Assembly (NCBI GenBank): GCA_003599865.1
Contig: QZKS01000013.1
Span: forward strand, 2,414-66,413
DNA from: Desulfobacteraceae bacterium
GTDB lineage: Bacteria > Desulfobacterota > Desulfobacteria > Desulfobacterales > SURF-7
Length of the DNA stretch: 64,000 nt
Reading direction: 5' to 3'
The position numbers and the translations under genes were made by a program. The stretch's first letter is position 1. Every line of letters starts with the position of its first letter. A model generated the notes under the pieces. It did no database searches, was not told where the DNA came from, and worked only from the letters and a program-made list of their open reading frames with translations. Positions 1-9,226 of this stretch are shown here, one piece after another.

Positions 1-1
1 G

Positions 2-559
2 GTTCATGCAATCTGGATTGATGAAGAGGACAGGAACATCATTGCCGAAAGAGGGGCCGGTGTGGCCCATAATCCGGAAAGCAATATGAAGCTGGCATCC
101 GGTATTGCACCCATACCGGAACTGATCCGGCAGGGGGTTGCCGTCGGTCTGGGAACGGACGGATGCGCCAGCAACAACAATCTGGATCTGTTTGAAGAAA
201 TGGATTTCGCTGCAAAGCTCCACAAGGTGAACCACATGGATCCGACCATACTGGATGCCGCAAAGGTGCTGCATATGGCAACACGAGGCGGTGCCGATGC
301 GATCGGAATGGGGTCTGCGATCGGATCACTGGAAGAAGGAAGGCCGGCGGATGTGATTGTCGTGGATATGCAGAAACCGCATCTGGTTCCCATGTATCAT
401 CCGGTTTCCCATATGGTGTATGCAGCCAGGGGATCGGATGTTCGTGACGTGATCGTCAACGGGAAAATTCTGGTAAAAGACGGCAGGCTGCTGACCATCG
501 ATCTGGAGAAGCTGTTTGAAAAGGTTGCGGAAGCCGGGCGGTCCATGATGCGGAAATGA
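2..559 (+). CDS. mtaD: Amidohydrolase, 5'-methylthioadenosine/S-adenosylhomocysteine deaminase-like; C-terminal part, 5' end lies outside the window
   Basis: The frame is open from nt 2 (VHAIWIDEEDRNIIAERGAGVAHNPESNMKL...). The tracked ORF 62..559 is only the part after an internal Met. GLGTDG and PADVIVVD-type motifs are typical of MtaD/chlorohydrolase amidohydrolases. Confidence 0.8.
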   Translation, partial: VHAIWIDEEDRNIIAERGAGVAHNPESNMKLASGIAPIPELIRQGVAVGLGTDGCASNNNLDLFEEMDFAAKLHKVNHMDPTILDAAKVLHMATRGGADAIGMGSAIGSLEEGRPADVIVVDMQKPHLVPMYHPVSHMVYAARGSDVRDVIVNGKILVKDGRLLTIDLEKLFEKVAEAGRSMMRK

Positions 560-1335
560 TCTTCTTTGAAAAAAAACCATGTTGGATAAAACAACTGCCG
601 ATTCTCCTTTTTTTCTATTTTCTTTCTGTAACCTGCCTTCCTGCGGAAGAAATGCAGCCGCCTTTCCGGCCGGGTGAAAAATTTACATTCCGGATCACCT
701 GGAGCGGCCTTCTGATCGGGCATGCGGTTCTGGAAGTTCTGCCCATGGCGCAGATCGAAGGCAGACCGGCAAACCACTTTGTGTTAAGCGGCAGGACAGA
801 GGGCATTGTTGATTTTTTTTACCGCGTCCATACGCGCATCGATGCCTTTGCCGATACGGCACTGACACATTCCGTGTTTTTCAAAAATCAGATTTCCGGA
901 CGCCACAACAAGCTGATTACCTTTCATTTTGACTGGGAGAAATCCCAGGTCCGGCGAACGGAAAACGGTCAGACAATCGAGCCGGTTACCATACTGCCGG
1001 GAACCTTTGATCTCCTGTCGGTTTTTTATTTTTCCCGCATCAATCCCATGTGGGTCAATGCCGTATATGATCGTCCGGTAACGGACGGCAAAAAAAATGT
1101 TATGGGCCGCATGACTATTGTGAAACGCGAAAATATAAAAGCGTCAGGGAAAATCTATGACGCCTTCCTTCTGGAGCCGGAGACAAAACATATCGGCGGG
1201 GTGTTTAAAAAAAGCCGGAATCCGAAAATTCAATTGTGGGTTACCGCGGATAAAAGACGGATGCCGGTAAGGGCAAGGAGTGAAGTCATCGTGGGCAGTT
1301 TTGTCGGTGAACTGATTGCTGCCGAGGGTTTGTAA
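556..1335 (+). CDS. DUF3108-like exported protein
   Basis: 259-aa ORF whose start overlaps the mtaD stop (ATGA). N-terminal hydrophobic signal-like segment (LPILLFFYFLSVTCLPA). The family call is recalled from the sequence pattern (GEKFTFRITWSGLLIGHAVLEV). Confidence 0.65.
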   Translation: MIFFEKKPCWIKQLPILLFFYFLSVTCLPAEEMQPPFRPGEKFTFRITWSGLLIGHAVLEVLPMAQIEGRPANHFVLSGRTEGIVDFFYRVHTRIDAFADTALTHSVFFKNQISGRHNKLITFHFDWEKSQVRRTENGQTIEPVTILPGTFDLLSVFYFSRINPMWVNAVYDRPVTDGKKNVMGRMTIVKRENIKASGKIYDAFLLEPETKHIGGVFKKSRNPKIQLWVTADKRRMPVRARSEVIVGSFVGELIAAEGL

Positions 1336-1509
1336 CCGGGTACCGGATTCAATGGATTTCTTTTTCGGCAGATTCGGGAGGATTTTTTTTTCATTTTTTG
1401 AGCCTTCCAAATCCATGACCGGCGCGGATAATCGGGGTTGTACTTCCTGTAAACAGGCCTGCCTCTTTGATTATCGGTTATGATTTTTTATAGAATAGCG
1501 ATTTTTTTA

Positions 1510-1538
1510 TTGACTTACGGGGAAACCTGCCATAAAGA
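1510..1538 (+). promoter_or_regulatory. Candidate sigma70 promoter for the HU gene
   Basis: TTGACT (1510-1515), 17-nt spacer, TAAAGA (1533-1538), preceded by a T-rich tract. It lies about 55 nt upstream of the HU start codon. The -10 element is weak. Confidence 0.3.
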
Positions 1539-1591
1539 CCCATCAATAAAGGTTTTTCAAATATCAAATCTTTTAACAGGGGGAAAACATT

Positions 1592-1864
1592 ATGACAAAA
1601 GCCGAATTGGTTGAGAAGATGGCAAGTGATGCCGGCATTTCAAAAACGGCAGCAACCGCAGCATTGAATTCTTTCACGGACGGCGTTTCCAAGGCGCTCA
1701 AGAAAAAAGACGGGAAAGTAACGCTCGTTGGGTTTGGAACATTCTCCAAGGTGAAACGAAAAGCCAGAAAAGGCCGCAATCCGCAGACCGGCGATGCGAT
1801 TAAAATCAAGGCACGCAATGCTGTAAAATTTAAAGCCGGAAAAAAGCTGAAAGACGCCATATAG
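1592..1864 (+). CDS. hup: HU family nucleoid DNA-binding protein
   Basis: 90 aa. MTKAELVEKMA...GFGTFSKVKRKARKGRNPQTGDAIKIKARNAVKFKAGKKLKDAI is a textbook HU/IHF arm sequence. GGGGGA RBS upstream. Confidence 0.95.
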   Translation: MTKAELVEKMASDAGISKTAATAALNSFTDGVSKALKKKDGKVTLVGFGTFSKVKRKARKGRNPQTGDAIKIKARNAVKFKAGKKLKDAI

Positions 1865-1873
1865 CTGTTTTTA

Positions 1874-1924
1874 AAAAAGTGGTTTATTTTGTAATGGATT
1901 TACAGGATGAACCACTTTTTTATT
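1874..1924 (+). terminator. Putative rho-independent terminator after the HU gene
   Basis: AAGTGGTT (1877-1884) pairs with AACCACTT (1910-1917) and is followed by a T-run. The loop is long (about 25 nt), so confidence is moderate. It lies between convergent genes. Confidence 0.45.
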
Positions 1925-1952
1925 TCACGACCCTTCCGGCATCCGGATGGAA

Positions 1953-2819
1953 TTAGATTTCCACGATGGATAAAAGCCGATTGACCACATCATCAACCAC
2001 GTTGGGATTCTCCAGTCTGATTTTGATCGCCTGCTGCGGACAACGGGCAGCACAGCGGCCGCAAAGCCGGCAGGTGTCCTTTTTGACGGCACGCCCGTCA
2101 ACGATTTCAATCGCTTGTAAATAACAGACATCCACGCAGGTGCCGCATCCGATGCACTGATCCGTGACCTCAATGGTCATACCCTCGATCGGATGCTGCA
2201 GCCTGTCCATCAGCTCAGCCGGAAGGGGTGCCATGAATCTTCCCAGGCAGCAGCATTCACAGCAGAAGCATATCGTCATCAGCTTTCCCCGGTCAACGAT
2301 TCCCAGCGTGTCGCTGTCAAAACGGATTTTGCCGACCATCGGGACCAGGCCAAGAGAAACCGCCTTCCGGGCATGTGCCTTGGCCTGGTCCTTGTCCGCA
2401 ATGATCTGCCAGTTTTTGGGTGTTTCCAGGGCGGATTCTCCGAGAAACAGACAGGCCACGTCATCCGGATAGTTTGCGCAGTCATAATTGTGGCGGCAGA
2501 TGCATTTTTTCATGATGACCCGTACGCTGGACTTGTCGATGAGCCGGTCGATGATCTCAATGGGAAGGGTCATGTTTTCCGCACCCTCGATATTCTGATT
2601 GACCGGGATGACGGAATAGTTGGTTTTGGCCGGATCAAAGATGGGCAGCCGATCCTGCAAAAAGGACAGCTTGGCGATATGACTGAACCGTTCGGGTATG
2701 AAAAGGAGAAGCCTGCGAAGAAACCGGGGCAGCTTTTCATCCCGGCCGTATAAATGCTGCATGGCAAGGCCTGTGATCAGGGTGAGGACATCGGTTTCGC
2801 CAAATATTTTTTTTTTCAT
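1953..2819 (-). CDS. 4Fe-4S dicluster domain protein with extra Cys-cluster region (paralog 1)
   Basis: 288 aa. Motifs: CICRHNYDC, KLMTICFCCECCC, and C-terminal CIGCGTCVDVC...CRLCGRCAARCP ferredoxin motifs. Confidence 0.8.
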   Translation of the reverse strand: MKKKIFGETDVLTLITGLAMQHLYGRDEKLPRFLRRLLLFIPERFSHIAKLSFLQDRLPIFDPAKTNYSVIPVNQNIEGAENMTLPIEIIDRLIDKSSVRVIMKKCICRHNYDCANYPDDVACLFLGESALETPKNWQIIADKDQAKAHARKAVSLGLVPMVGKIRFDSDTLGIVDRGKLMTICFCCECCCLGRFMAPLPAELMDRLQHPIEGMTIEVTDQCIGCGTCVDVCYLQAIEIVDGRAVKKDTCRLCGRCAARCPQQAIKIRLENPNVVDDVVNRLLSIVEI

Positions 2820-2834
2820 ATGTCGCTTCCTTTC

Positions 2835-3650
2835 TCAAGTCACATCAACAAGCTCCGAGATCCCCCTGATGACCGTTTCCACCTTGTCCGGTGAATCCAC
2901 GGTGATCTCAATGGCATGTTTGGGGCAGACGTCGACACATCTTCCGCATCCCCTGCATGCATCACTGATGACCGCCCGGTCTTCTTCCATGGTGATGGCA
3001 TTCACAAAACAGATATTTTTGGTGCAGGTGCCGCATCCGACACACTTGTCCGTCACCTCGACCGTGACACCGGGCAGACGGTGAACCTTGGATTGAATGC
3101 TGGGAGAAATCGTCGGAAGCACTTTCCACAGACAGCAGCATGGACAGCAGTTGCAGATGGTCATAAGCTTTTCGCCGGGACCGACATTGAGCCAGACCTT
3201 ATCCAGTTTGTTTCTGCCGATGAGATGGACAAGTCCGGCATCCCGGCACCGGGCAATATGGTCAAAGGCTTCCTGTTTGGAGACGGCTTTTCCGAATTTC
3301 GGATTGATCCCCCTTGCCGCCTCCCCCAGGAACAGGCATCCAAGTTCGATGGGATAATCCTTGCATTGCGTGGAATCACGGCAGATGCAGAAATTCATGA
3401 TAAAGTGAAAACCGGCTTTTTCTATGAAATGGTCAAGGATCTCTCCCGGGATCACCAGATTGCCCTCATGGGTCACGGTCTGGTTGACCGGTATGGTTTT
3501 TTTTTGCGGAAGGTAAAAGATTTCATCATTTTCAAAAAGGGCATATTCGATCATTCTGCCGATGACCGGCAGATGGGAAACCTTTGACCAGAAGAACCGC
3601 TGAGAGAAGGTACGGTTTATGAGGGTCTTAACCCAATAGGGGCCGGCCAT
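2835..3650 (-). CDS. 4Fe-4S dicluster domain protein with extra Cys-cluster region (paralog 2)
   Basis: 271 aa. Same architecture as the neighbour: [29 protein letters not shown]...[12 protein letters not shown]. Confidence 0.8.
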   Translation of the reverse strand: MAGPYWVKTLINRTFSQRFFWSKVSHLPVIGRMIEYALFENDEIFYLPQKKTIPVNQTVTHEGNLVIPGEILDHFIEKAGFHFIMNFCICRDSTQCKDYPIELGCLFLGEAARGINPKFGKAVSKQEAFDHIARCRDAGLVHLIGRNKLDKVWLNVGPGEKLMTICNCCPCCCLWKVLPTISPSIQSKVHRLPGVTVEVTDKCVGCGTCTKNICFVNAITMEEDRAVISDACRGCGRCVDVCPKHAIEITVDSPDKVETVIRGISELVDVT

Positions 3651-3781
3651 AATTGTTCCTCCCGAATGAATGTTCTGTGAATGAGAATGATTCAGGGCCG
3701 ATGATCAGGAATCTTTATCGGATATGAAGAAAAAGGCAAGCCTGAAATAACCCGTATGGATTACGGGGTAAAAACAGGCAG

Positions 3782-4708
3782 TCAGGGAAGCGTGTTAAGG
3801 TAGGTCTGCAAATTGATTTTTTTGTTTTTGATGCCGATTTTTTTCCGTATATTTTCACGATGGAACTCGATGGTTTTCGGGGACAGGCTTTGCGCATTCG
3901 CAATTTCTTTCGTTGTTTTCCCCTGGCGGATGAGATTTGCCACCTGAATTTCCATGGGGGTGAGTTTTAGAAATCCGGATGACACACCCCGGATAAACGG
4001 AGCGACAATATCCTTGAGATTGGATTCCAGGATCTCCACAAACAGTTTTTGCCGGTCATCCAGCCTTCCCCCCTTTACTTTTTCCAGATACGGCAGAATC
4101 AGTTCCTTGACATTGAACAACACCTTTTCTTCCAGCTCCATTCTGTCGGCCTCTCTTCTTTTCAGCAGCACCTTGAGGGCGGTATTGGCTTCCTCCAGAT
4201 GGATGGTTTTCTGCTCAAGCTTCTGATTGGTCCGCGCCAGTTCGATGGTTCTTTCGGCTACCCTTTTTTCCAGTTCATCACGGGCTTTTTTCAATTCCGC
4301 TTCCACCTCTTTCCTTCGGGTGACATCCCGCGCAATTCCCAGAACCGTGTCCTTGCCCTTGATGGTCACCGGATAGGTTCTGACTTCGATGATAATGGAT
4401 GTGCCGTCCTTTTTGATCAGCACCAGTTCATCCGGGCCCGAAGGGAGGCCGGCGAGATTTTTTTTCAGATGCTCCATGGCTTTGGGGATGTCGCTTTCCG
4501 GAATCAGATCCAGTTCCAGAAAATTTTTTCCGATCAGCTCCTGTTTCCGAAAGCCGGTCAGCTCTTCGGCAGCTCTGTTTCCGTCGATAAACCGGCCCTC
4601 GAGATCGTTCAGATAGTAAGCATCCGGGGCAAACTCAAAGAGAATCTTCAGGCGTTCCTCGGAGTCACTGGATGCAGACGCGCCCCTTTTATTTTGGTTT
4701 GGGTTCAC
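3782..4708 (-). CDS. PAS domain / coiled-coil / LuxR-type HTH transcriptional regulator
   Basis: 308 aa. The N-terminal PAS-like region ([30 protein letters not shown]) is followed by a long heptad-like segment. The C-terminal LuxR HTH is [44 protein letters not shown]. Confidence 0.85.
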   Translation of the reverse strand: MNPNQNKRGASASSDSEERLKILFEFAPDAYYLNDLEGRFIDGNRAAEELTGFRKQELIGKNFLELDLIPESDIPKAMEHLKKNLAGLPSGPDELVLIKKDGTSIIIEVRTYPVTIKGKDTVLGIARDVTRRKEVEAELKKARDELEKRVAERTIELARTNQKLEQKTIHLEEANTALKVLLKRREADRMELEEKVLFNVKELILPYLEKVKGGRLDDRQKLFVEILESNLKDIVAPFIRGVSSGFLKLTPMEIQVANLIRQGKTTKEIANAQSLSPKTIEFHRENIRKKIGIKNKKINLQTYLNTLP

Positions 4709-7700
4709 GAATCAGCTCCCGGGATTGTGTGATAATTCTTCCAGGCAGTTTCAATAAGCGCAGCAGCGTATTGGCCATGGGTTTGGATACGGTGTCATTG
4801 GGTGCCAGGCTGATATCCGGATTTTCAATACTGCCTTCCGCCCTGAGGGCGATCACGAAGAGCTCGTCTCCTTCTCCGGTCAGAACCCATCCGATGATCG
4901 GGATCACGTTGATGGCCTTATCAATCGCTTCAAACGGCTGCACACCGATGAGGGCATCTATCTCCTTGTCGTTGATCCTGTATTCGCCGACAGCGGAGAA
5001 CTGAATGGAGTCACTGTCCAGCAGAAAATCATCAAAACGGACGATGCTGTCCGTCACGGTAAACCCGGAAGAAATCCGGTTAAAGGTAAAGTGTTTTTTC
5101 CGGATGTCGATATTCTGGGTTTTAAAGATCTTATACAGGTTCATGGCTGCAAATATATTGGATAGAAGCGGGGACTGGTAGGTATAACCATCCTTTGCCA
5201 GGAAGATCAGATCACCGTTGATGGAATCGGTCGTTCCCCGCAGATTGCCGCTGAGGCTCATGTAGCCCGCCTCAATTTTTCTTTCCGGCGCAAAGGTCTG
5301 AAACAGTTTGTTCAGGCCATTGTTCCGGATATCCAGTTCCATATCCATAACGGTTTTTTGTCCTGGGTTGCGGGTCACGCTTCCGCTGATCCTGCCGGAT
5401 TCTCCGGAAATCCGGATATCATGGAAACTCATCCTGTTTTTTTCGATCTGCAGCCGGGCTTCTCCTTTTTCAAAGGGGATATCGTAAACCGTCGGTTTGA
5501 TCGCGGTAATATAGATATTGGCTGTCAGGGAATCCGGAAGACGGGTGTCGGACATGATATTCCGGGTACTCCCAAGGGAGAATCCTTCGGCCGTCAATTC
5601 ACCGGTAAAATGCTGATTGTCTTCTGCCAGAGAAAGCGAACCGGTTATTCCGGCATGGAGATCGTCCTGCTGCCATGACAGCCCGGTGGTCGACAGATTG
5701 CTGCCCGAGATCTCGATGGGGCCGTTGAACGTCATTCCGGAATCGTTTCGGATAACCGATAATTTCTGCAGCTGGAGATGGCCGGATACCGGGCGGTTTT
5801 TTTCCCACGTCATCCCCATGTCCAGTCCGCCCCGGATTTCCTGTATGGTCGTATTGCCGTCAAGGTCTCTGGCGGAAAGGTTGACGATCCCCTTAATGGC
5901 GGCAAATCCCTGCGAACCTGTATCATGATATTCCAGATCGAGTATTCCGGAGTCCATGGTCACATTGATTTTCTGAAAACGGATGCTTTCTTCGGGCCGG
6001 AGGGTTCCCGAGAAAATGGAGCTTCCCTGGATTTTCCCTGTCGGAGGGAAGTATTCATCGTCAAACAGGCGGAAACCGTTTGTCTCGAGGGTAGCGTTTC
6101 CCTGAAAGGCGGAATCCTTTCCGGATCCGAAAAAAACCACAGATGCGCCGGGTGACAGTTCAAAGTCCGGTATGGGGGGCAGTTTTTCCGTTTTGACCGA
6201 AAACTGGAAGGTCGGAACCGTAAAGGCATCTTTCAGCAAGAGGACAAATTGGCGAACCGGGAGCTGGTTGTATTTTCCGGAAACATTCACCTCGATGGCC
6301 GATGAAAACTGTTTGGCCGTCACCGTCCCGGACAGGTTTTCAATGTGCTTTTCACCCCAGGTAAAACTGCAGTCGTCCAGTTCCGCCGTTCCCCTTACCT
6401 GTGTGGCGTTGTTGAGCAGGTTGTCCTGAATTGTGACAGCGGCTTTGATATTCCCGCCGGTGACAAGGGAAAGGGGCTCCAGCAGATCATATACCACTTT
6501 CGGTTCCATGCCCGCTCTCCAGAGGTATCGGAATTCTTTTGCCGGCATGTCCAGGTCCACATTCACGATGGTTCGTAAATCCGGGGCCATGAGGTCCGGT
6601 AAGATCAAATCCAGGCATTGCAGTCCGGCATGGTCCGTATATCCGGAAAGACCCTGGACCAGCAGATCGCCTTCCCGGATCGTCACCGTCCCGGAAACGC
6701 CGGTGACCCGTTCCGGTCCGTATCCGGCCCCGTAACTGAAGCCGGACAGATCGGCATGGATGAAGAGGTCCTTGAAAAATTGTTCTTCATCGATCAGATC
6801 GGACAGTTGTCCGGAAAAATCCAGCCGGCTGATCCGAATGGTGCCGCCTTGAATCTGCTGATAAAAAAGCGGGATGGCCCATTCCGGAAGGTTGTCGATC
6901 GGCAGGTGTGAGACAACGGTCTCATAGTCAAAGGGATGGGATTGAAAATTCAGAGACAAGGGCGTTTTCCCATAGGCATCCATATCAAACGGTCCCTGCA
7001 TGCGGCCGGTCCCGGAAAGAAAGAGGTCGGCGGTTTTCCATTCCAGATCATAAAACCGGAGCTCATGCTCATCGGCCGTGCACCTTATCTTGAGGGTCAA
7101 TTGATCGATCGGGGTTCCGCCGCCGGGCAAGCCGATGCTTTCGGAACGGATATCGGCCATCAAGCGCATGGAATCCTGCTGTTGCTGAAACCCGATGTTG
7201 ATATCCACATTGCCGCGGATATCCGGGTCCAGTTCTTTCAGCAGAAAATCATCCATCGTGATTTGTCCGGACCACTGTCTCCCCACCAGACGGGCAAAAA
7301 TATGAAGCCGGGAGCTGAAAAACTGCGTGTTCAAATTGGCAAAGTCATGACTGATTTTCCCATGGATGTGGGTCAGCGCATATGGCTTGTCTTTATAATA
7401 GGTCAGAATGGTACCATTGCGGATCGATGTGAGGGGGATGGAAAGTTTGCCTTCCGCGCTTTTGCCCGGGGCAATCCTGTCCAAAGACAGCAGATGAATT
7501 TCCGGTGTGTCCAGATCAATATGCTGAATATTCAGTTCGCCGGTCAGCAGTTTCAACAGGGAAAGGTCTACGCCGATACTGTCTGCCTTGACCATCAGGT
7601 CTTTTTTCGGATCTCCGATTTGAAAATCCGAAAGGGAAACATAGAGACCTTTTGACAGATTCAGCTCCGCTTTTTTGATCGATACCGGAATACCCAGCCG

Positions 7701-7844
7701 TTTGCTGAGCTGATTTTCGATCAGGGTGCCCAGCTTTTCCGGTTTCAGGAGCCGGCTGCTCGTGTAGGCAAGAGTGCCGGCGGCGCCCAGCATCAGGAGC
7801 AGGAGAATCCGGAACGCTTTTTTACGGATGGATTTGTTGATCAT
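4689..7844 (-). CDS. AsmA-family / YhdP-like large envelope protein
   Basis: 1051 aa. Single N-terminal TM segment ([17 protein letters not shown]). The long beta-rich body and conserved C-terminal segment are typical of AsmA-like proteins. The family call is by resemblance only. Confidence 0.7.
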   Translation of the reverse strand: MINKSIRKKAFRILLLLMLGAAGTLAYTSSRLLKPEKLGTLIENQLSKRLGIPVSIKKAELNLSKGLYVSLSDFQIGDPKKDLMVKADSIGVDLSLLKLLTGELNIQHIDLDTPEIHLLSLDRIAPGKSAEGKLSIPLTSIRNGTILTYYKDKPYALTHIHGKISHDFANLNTQFFSSRLHIFARLVGRQWSGQITMDDFLLKELDPDIRGNVDINIGFQQQQDSMRLMADIRSESIGLPGGGTPIDQLTLKIRCTADEHELRFYDLEWKTADLFLSGTGRMQGPFDMDAYGKTPLSLNFQSHPFDYETVVSHLPIDNLPEWAIPLFYQQIQGGTIRISRLDFSGQLSDLIDEEQFFKDLFIHADLSGFSYGAGYGPERVTGVSGTVTIREGDLLVQGLSGYTDHAGLQCLDLILPDLMAPDLRTIVNVDLDMPAKEFRYLWRAGMEPKVVYDLLEPLSLVTGGNIKAAVTIQDNLLNNATQVRGTAELDDCSFTWGEKHIENLSGTVTAKQFSSAIEVNVSGKYNQLPVRQFVLLLKDAFTVPTFQFSVKTEKLPPIPDFELSPGASVVFFGSGKDSAFQGNATLETNGFRLFDDEYFPPTGKIQGSSIFSGTLRPEESIRFQKINVTMDSGILDLEYHDTGSQGFAAIKGIVNLSARDLDGNTTIQEIRGGLDMGMTWEKNRPVSGHLQLQKLSVIRNDSGMTFNGPIEISGSNLSTTGLSWQQDDLHAGITGSLSLAEDNQHFTGELTAEGFSLGSTRNIMSDTRLPDSLTANIYITAIKPTVYDIPFEKGEARLQIEKNRMSFHDIRISGESGRISGSVTRNPGQKTVMDMELDIRNNGLNKLFQTFAPERKIEAGYMSLSGNLRGTTDSINGDLIFLAKDGYTYQSPLLSNIFAAMNLYKIFKTQNIDIRKKHFTFNRISSGFTVTDSIVRFDDFLLDSDSIQFSAVGEYRINDKEIDALIGVQPFEAIDKAINVIPIIGWVLTGEGDELFVIALRAEGSIENPDISLAPNDTVSKPMANTLLRLLKLPGRIITQSRELIREPKPK

Positions 7845-7873
7845 GATTTTATGTCATTTCCGGCAGGAAAACA

Positions 7874-8098
7874 CTATTGGTTTCCCAGCCCGTTCTGGGC
7901 ACCACAATCCGGGCATTCCCATGTGATGCCATTGCATGACATGCCCCAGAAATTTTCTTCCATGCACTCCTGGCAGATGGTAAACCCGCAACGGCAGTAC
8001 CAGCAAAAATGGCTCGGTCGTTTGCAGCAGTTGCACTGCCGTTGTTTCCTCTGCCGTCGTTTTTCTCTATAGGACGTCTTGTCTGATGAGGGCTTCAT
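7874..8098 (-). CDS. Small basic, cysteine-rich (zinc-finger-like) protein
   Basis: 74 aa with 13 Cys, including CNCC, CWYCRC, CQEC and CPDC pairs. Same strand as all neighbours. The start overlaps the last 32 nt of the upstream CoA-binding gene. No clear SD. Confidence 0.4.
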   Translation of the reverse strand: MKPSSDKTSYREKRRQRKQRQCNCCKRPSHFCWYCRCGFTICQECMEENFWGMSCNGITWECPDCGAQNGLGNQ

Positions 8099-8501
8099 GT
8101 TCTACTTTGATACATCGGTTCATGACAACATGTATTCCGTTGCGGGTCAGAAGATCCGCCGCTTCTTTGTTTTGAATATCCAGTTGCATCCAGAAAACCT
8201 TTGGCTGTAATCGCAGGGCCTCCAGGGCATGCGGCATGATCTGGTCACCGGATCTGAAAACATCAACCACATCAACCGGTTCCTGTATCTCGTCGAGGTT
8301 TTTAACCGCCTTTTCTCCCAAGATCATTTTTTGTGCAGGCCGAACCGGTATCACCCGGTATCCCGCTTCCTGAAGATATCGTGCGACCATGTTTGAATCC
8401 CGTTCGGGTTTCGGGCTCAGGCCGACAATGGCAATGGTTCTGGCGTTCAGCAGAATGGTTTTGATTTCTGCATCATCGGTTAGAATTTTTCCGGAATTCA
8501 A
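8067..8501 (-). CDS. CoA-binding domain protein (YccU-like)
   Basis: 144 aa. IAIVGLSPKPERDSNMVARYLQEAGYRVIPVRP is the characteristic CoA-binding Rossmann start. Confidence 0.85.
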   Translation of the reverse strand: MNSGKILTDDAEIKTILLNARTIAIVGLSPKPERDSNMVARYLQEAGYRVIPVRPAQKMILGEKAVKNLDEIQEPVDVVDVFRSGDQIMPHALEALRLQPKVFWMQLDIQNKEAADLLTRNGIHVVMNRCIKVEHEALIRQDVL

Positions 8502-8633
8502 GCAATGCTCCTGCCTTGTTGTTTTATGTGATCCATGTTATCAATCTTGCACATGCATAGACACGACGGTAATAAATAAACCGGTTTTTATGTTCCGTCA
8601 ATACAAGATCATTTACCCGGATCGGAGAAAATC

Positions 8634-9212
8634 ATGAGCGGAATATCAGATCCCGGCATCACCAGGGATGATGCCTTGAAACTGTTGCATGCGCACCTGG
8701 AGAACGAAAAACTGATTTCCCATTGTGCGGCATCAGAGGCCATCATGCGGGCGCTGGCAGACAGATTTGAGGAGAGCCCCGACGTCTGGGGGATGGCAGG
8801 ACTTCTTCATGACCTGGATTTTCAGGTCACGGAGGAGGATCCGGCAAGACATGGTCTCCTGGCCGCAGAGATCCTGCGGGAAAAGGGCGTGCATGAAGAA
8901 GTGATCAACGCCATTCAGAAGCACAATGCCGAGGGGTTGGGGCTTTTGCGCGCAACGAGGTTTGAACATGCGCTTGCCTGTGCGGAAAGCATTACCGGCC
9001 TGATTGTCGCCACTGCGCTCGTATACCCGGATCGGAAACTCAGCAGCGTGAAGGTGAAATCGGTTTCCAAAAGGATGAAGACAGCGCATTTTGCCCGGGC
9101 GGTCAGCCGGGAGAGGATTCTGGAGTGTGAAACCATCGGCATTCCAATAGAGGATTTTATCGGGATCTGCCTGGAAGCCATGAAGGGAATCTCGGATGAA
9201 CTGGGATTATAG
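8634..9212 (+). CDS. HD-domain metal-dependent phosphohydrolase
   Basis: 192 aa. H...HD signature (SHCAASEAIM...AGLLHDLDF). Confidence 0.8.
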   Translation: MSGISDPGITRDDALKLLHAHLENEKLISHCAASEAIMRALADRFEESPDVWGMAGLLHDLDFQVTEEDPARHGLLAAEILREKGVHEEVINAIQKHNAEGLGLLRATRFEHALACAESITGLIVATALVYPDRKLSSVKVKSVSKRMKTAHFARAVSRERILECETIGIPIEDFIGICLEAMKGISDELGL

Positions 9213-9226
9213 CCAATAAGGAAACC

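Noticed and set aside
7851-8072. 73-aa + strand ORF opposite the Cys-rich ORF
   Set aside because: All neighbouring genes are on the minus strand. The product (W/Q/H/F/S-rich) has no features. The minus-strand alternative at least shows paired CxxC motifs, and both remain uncertain.
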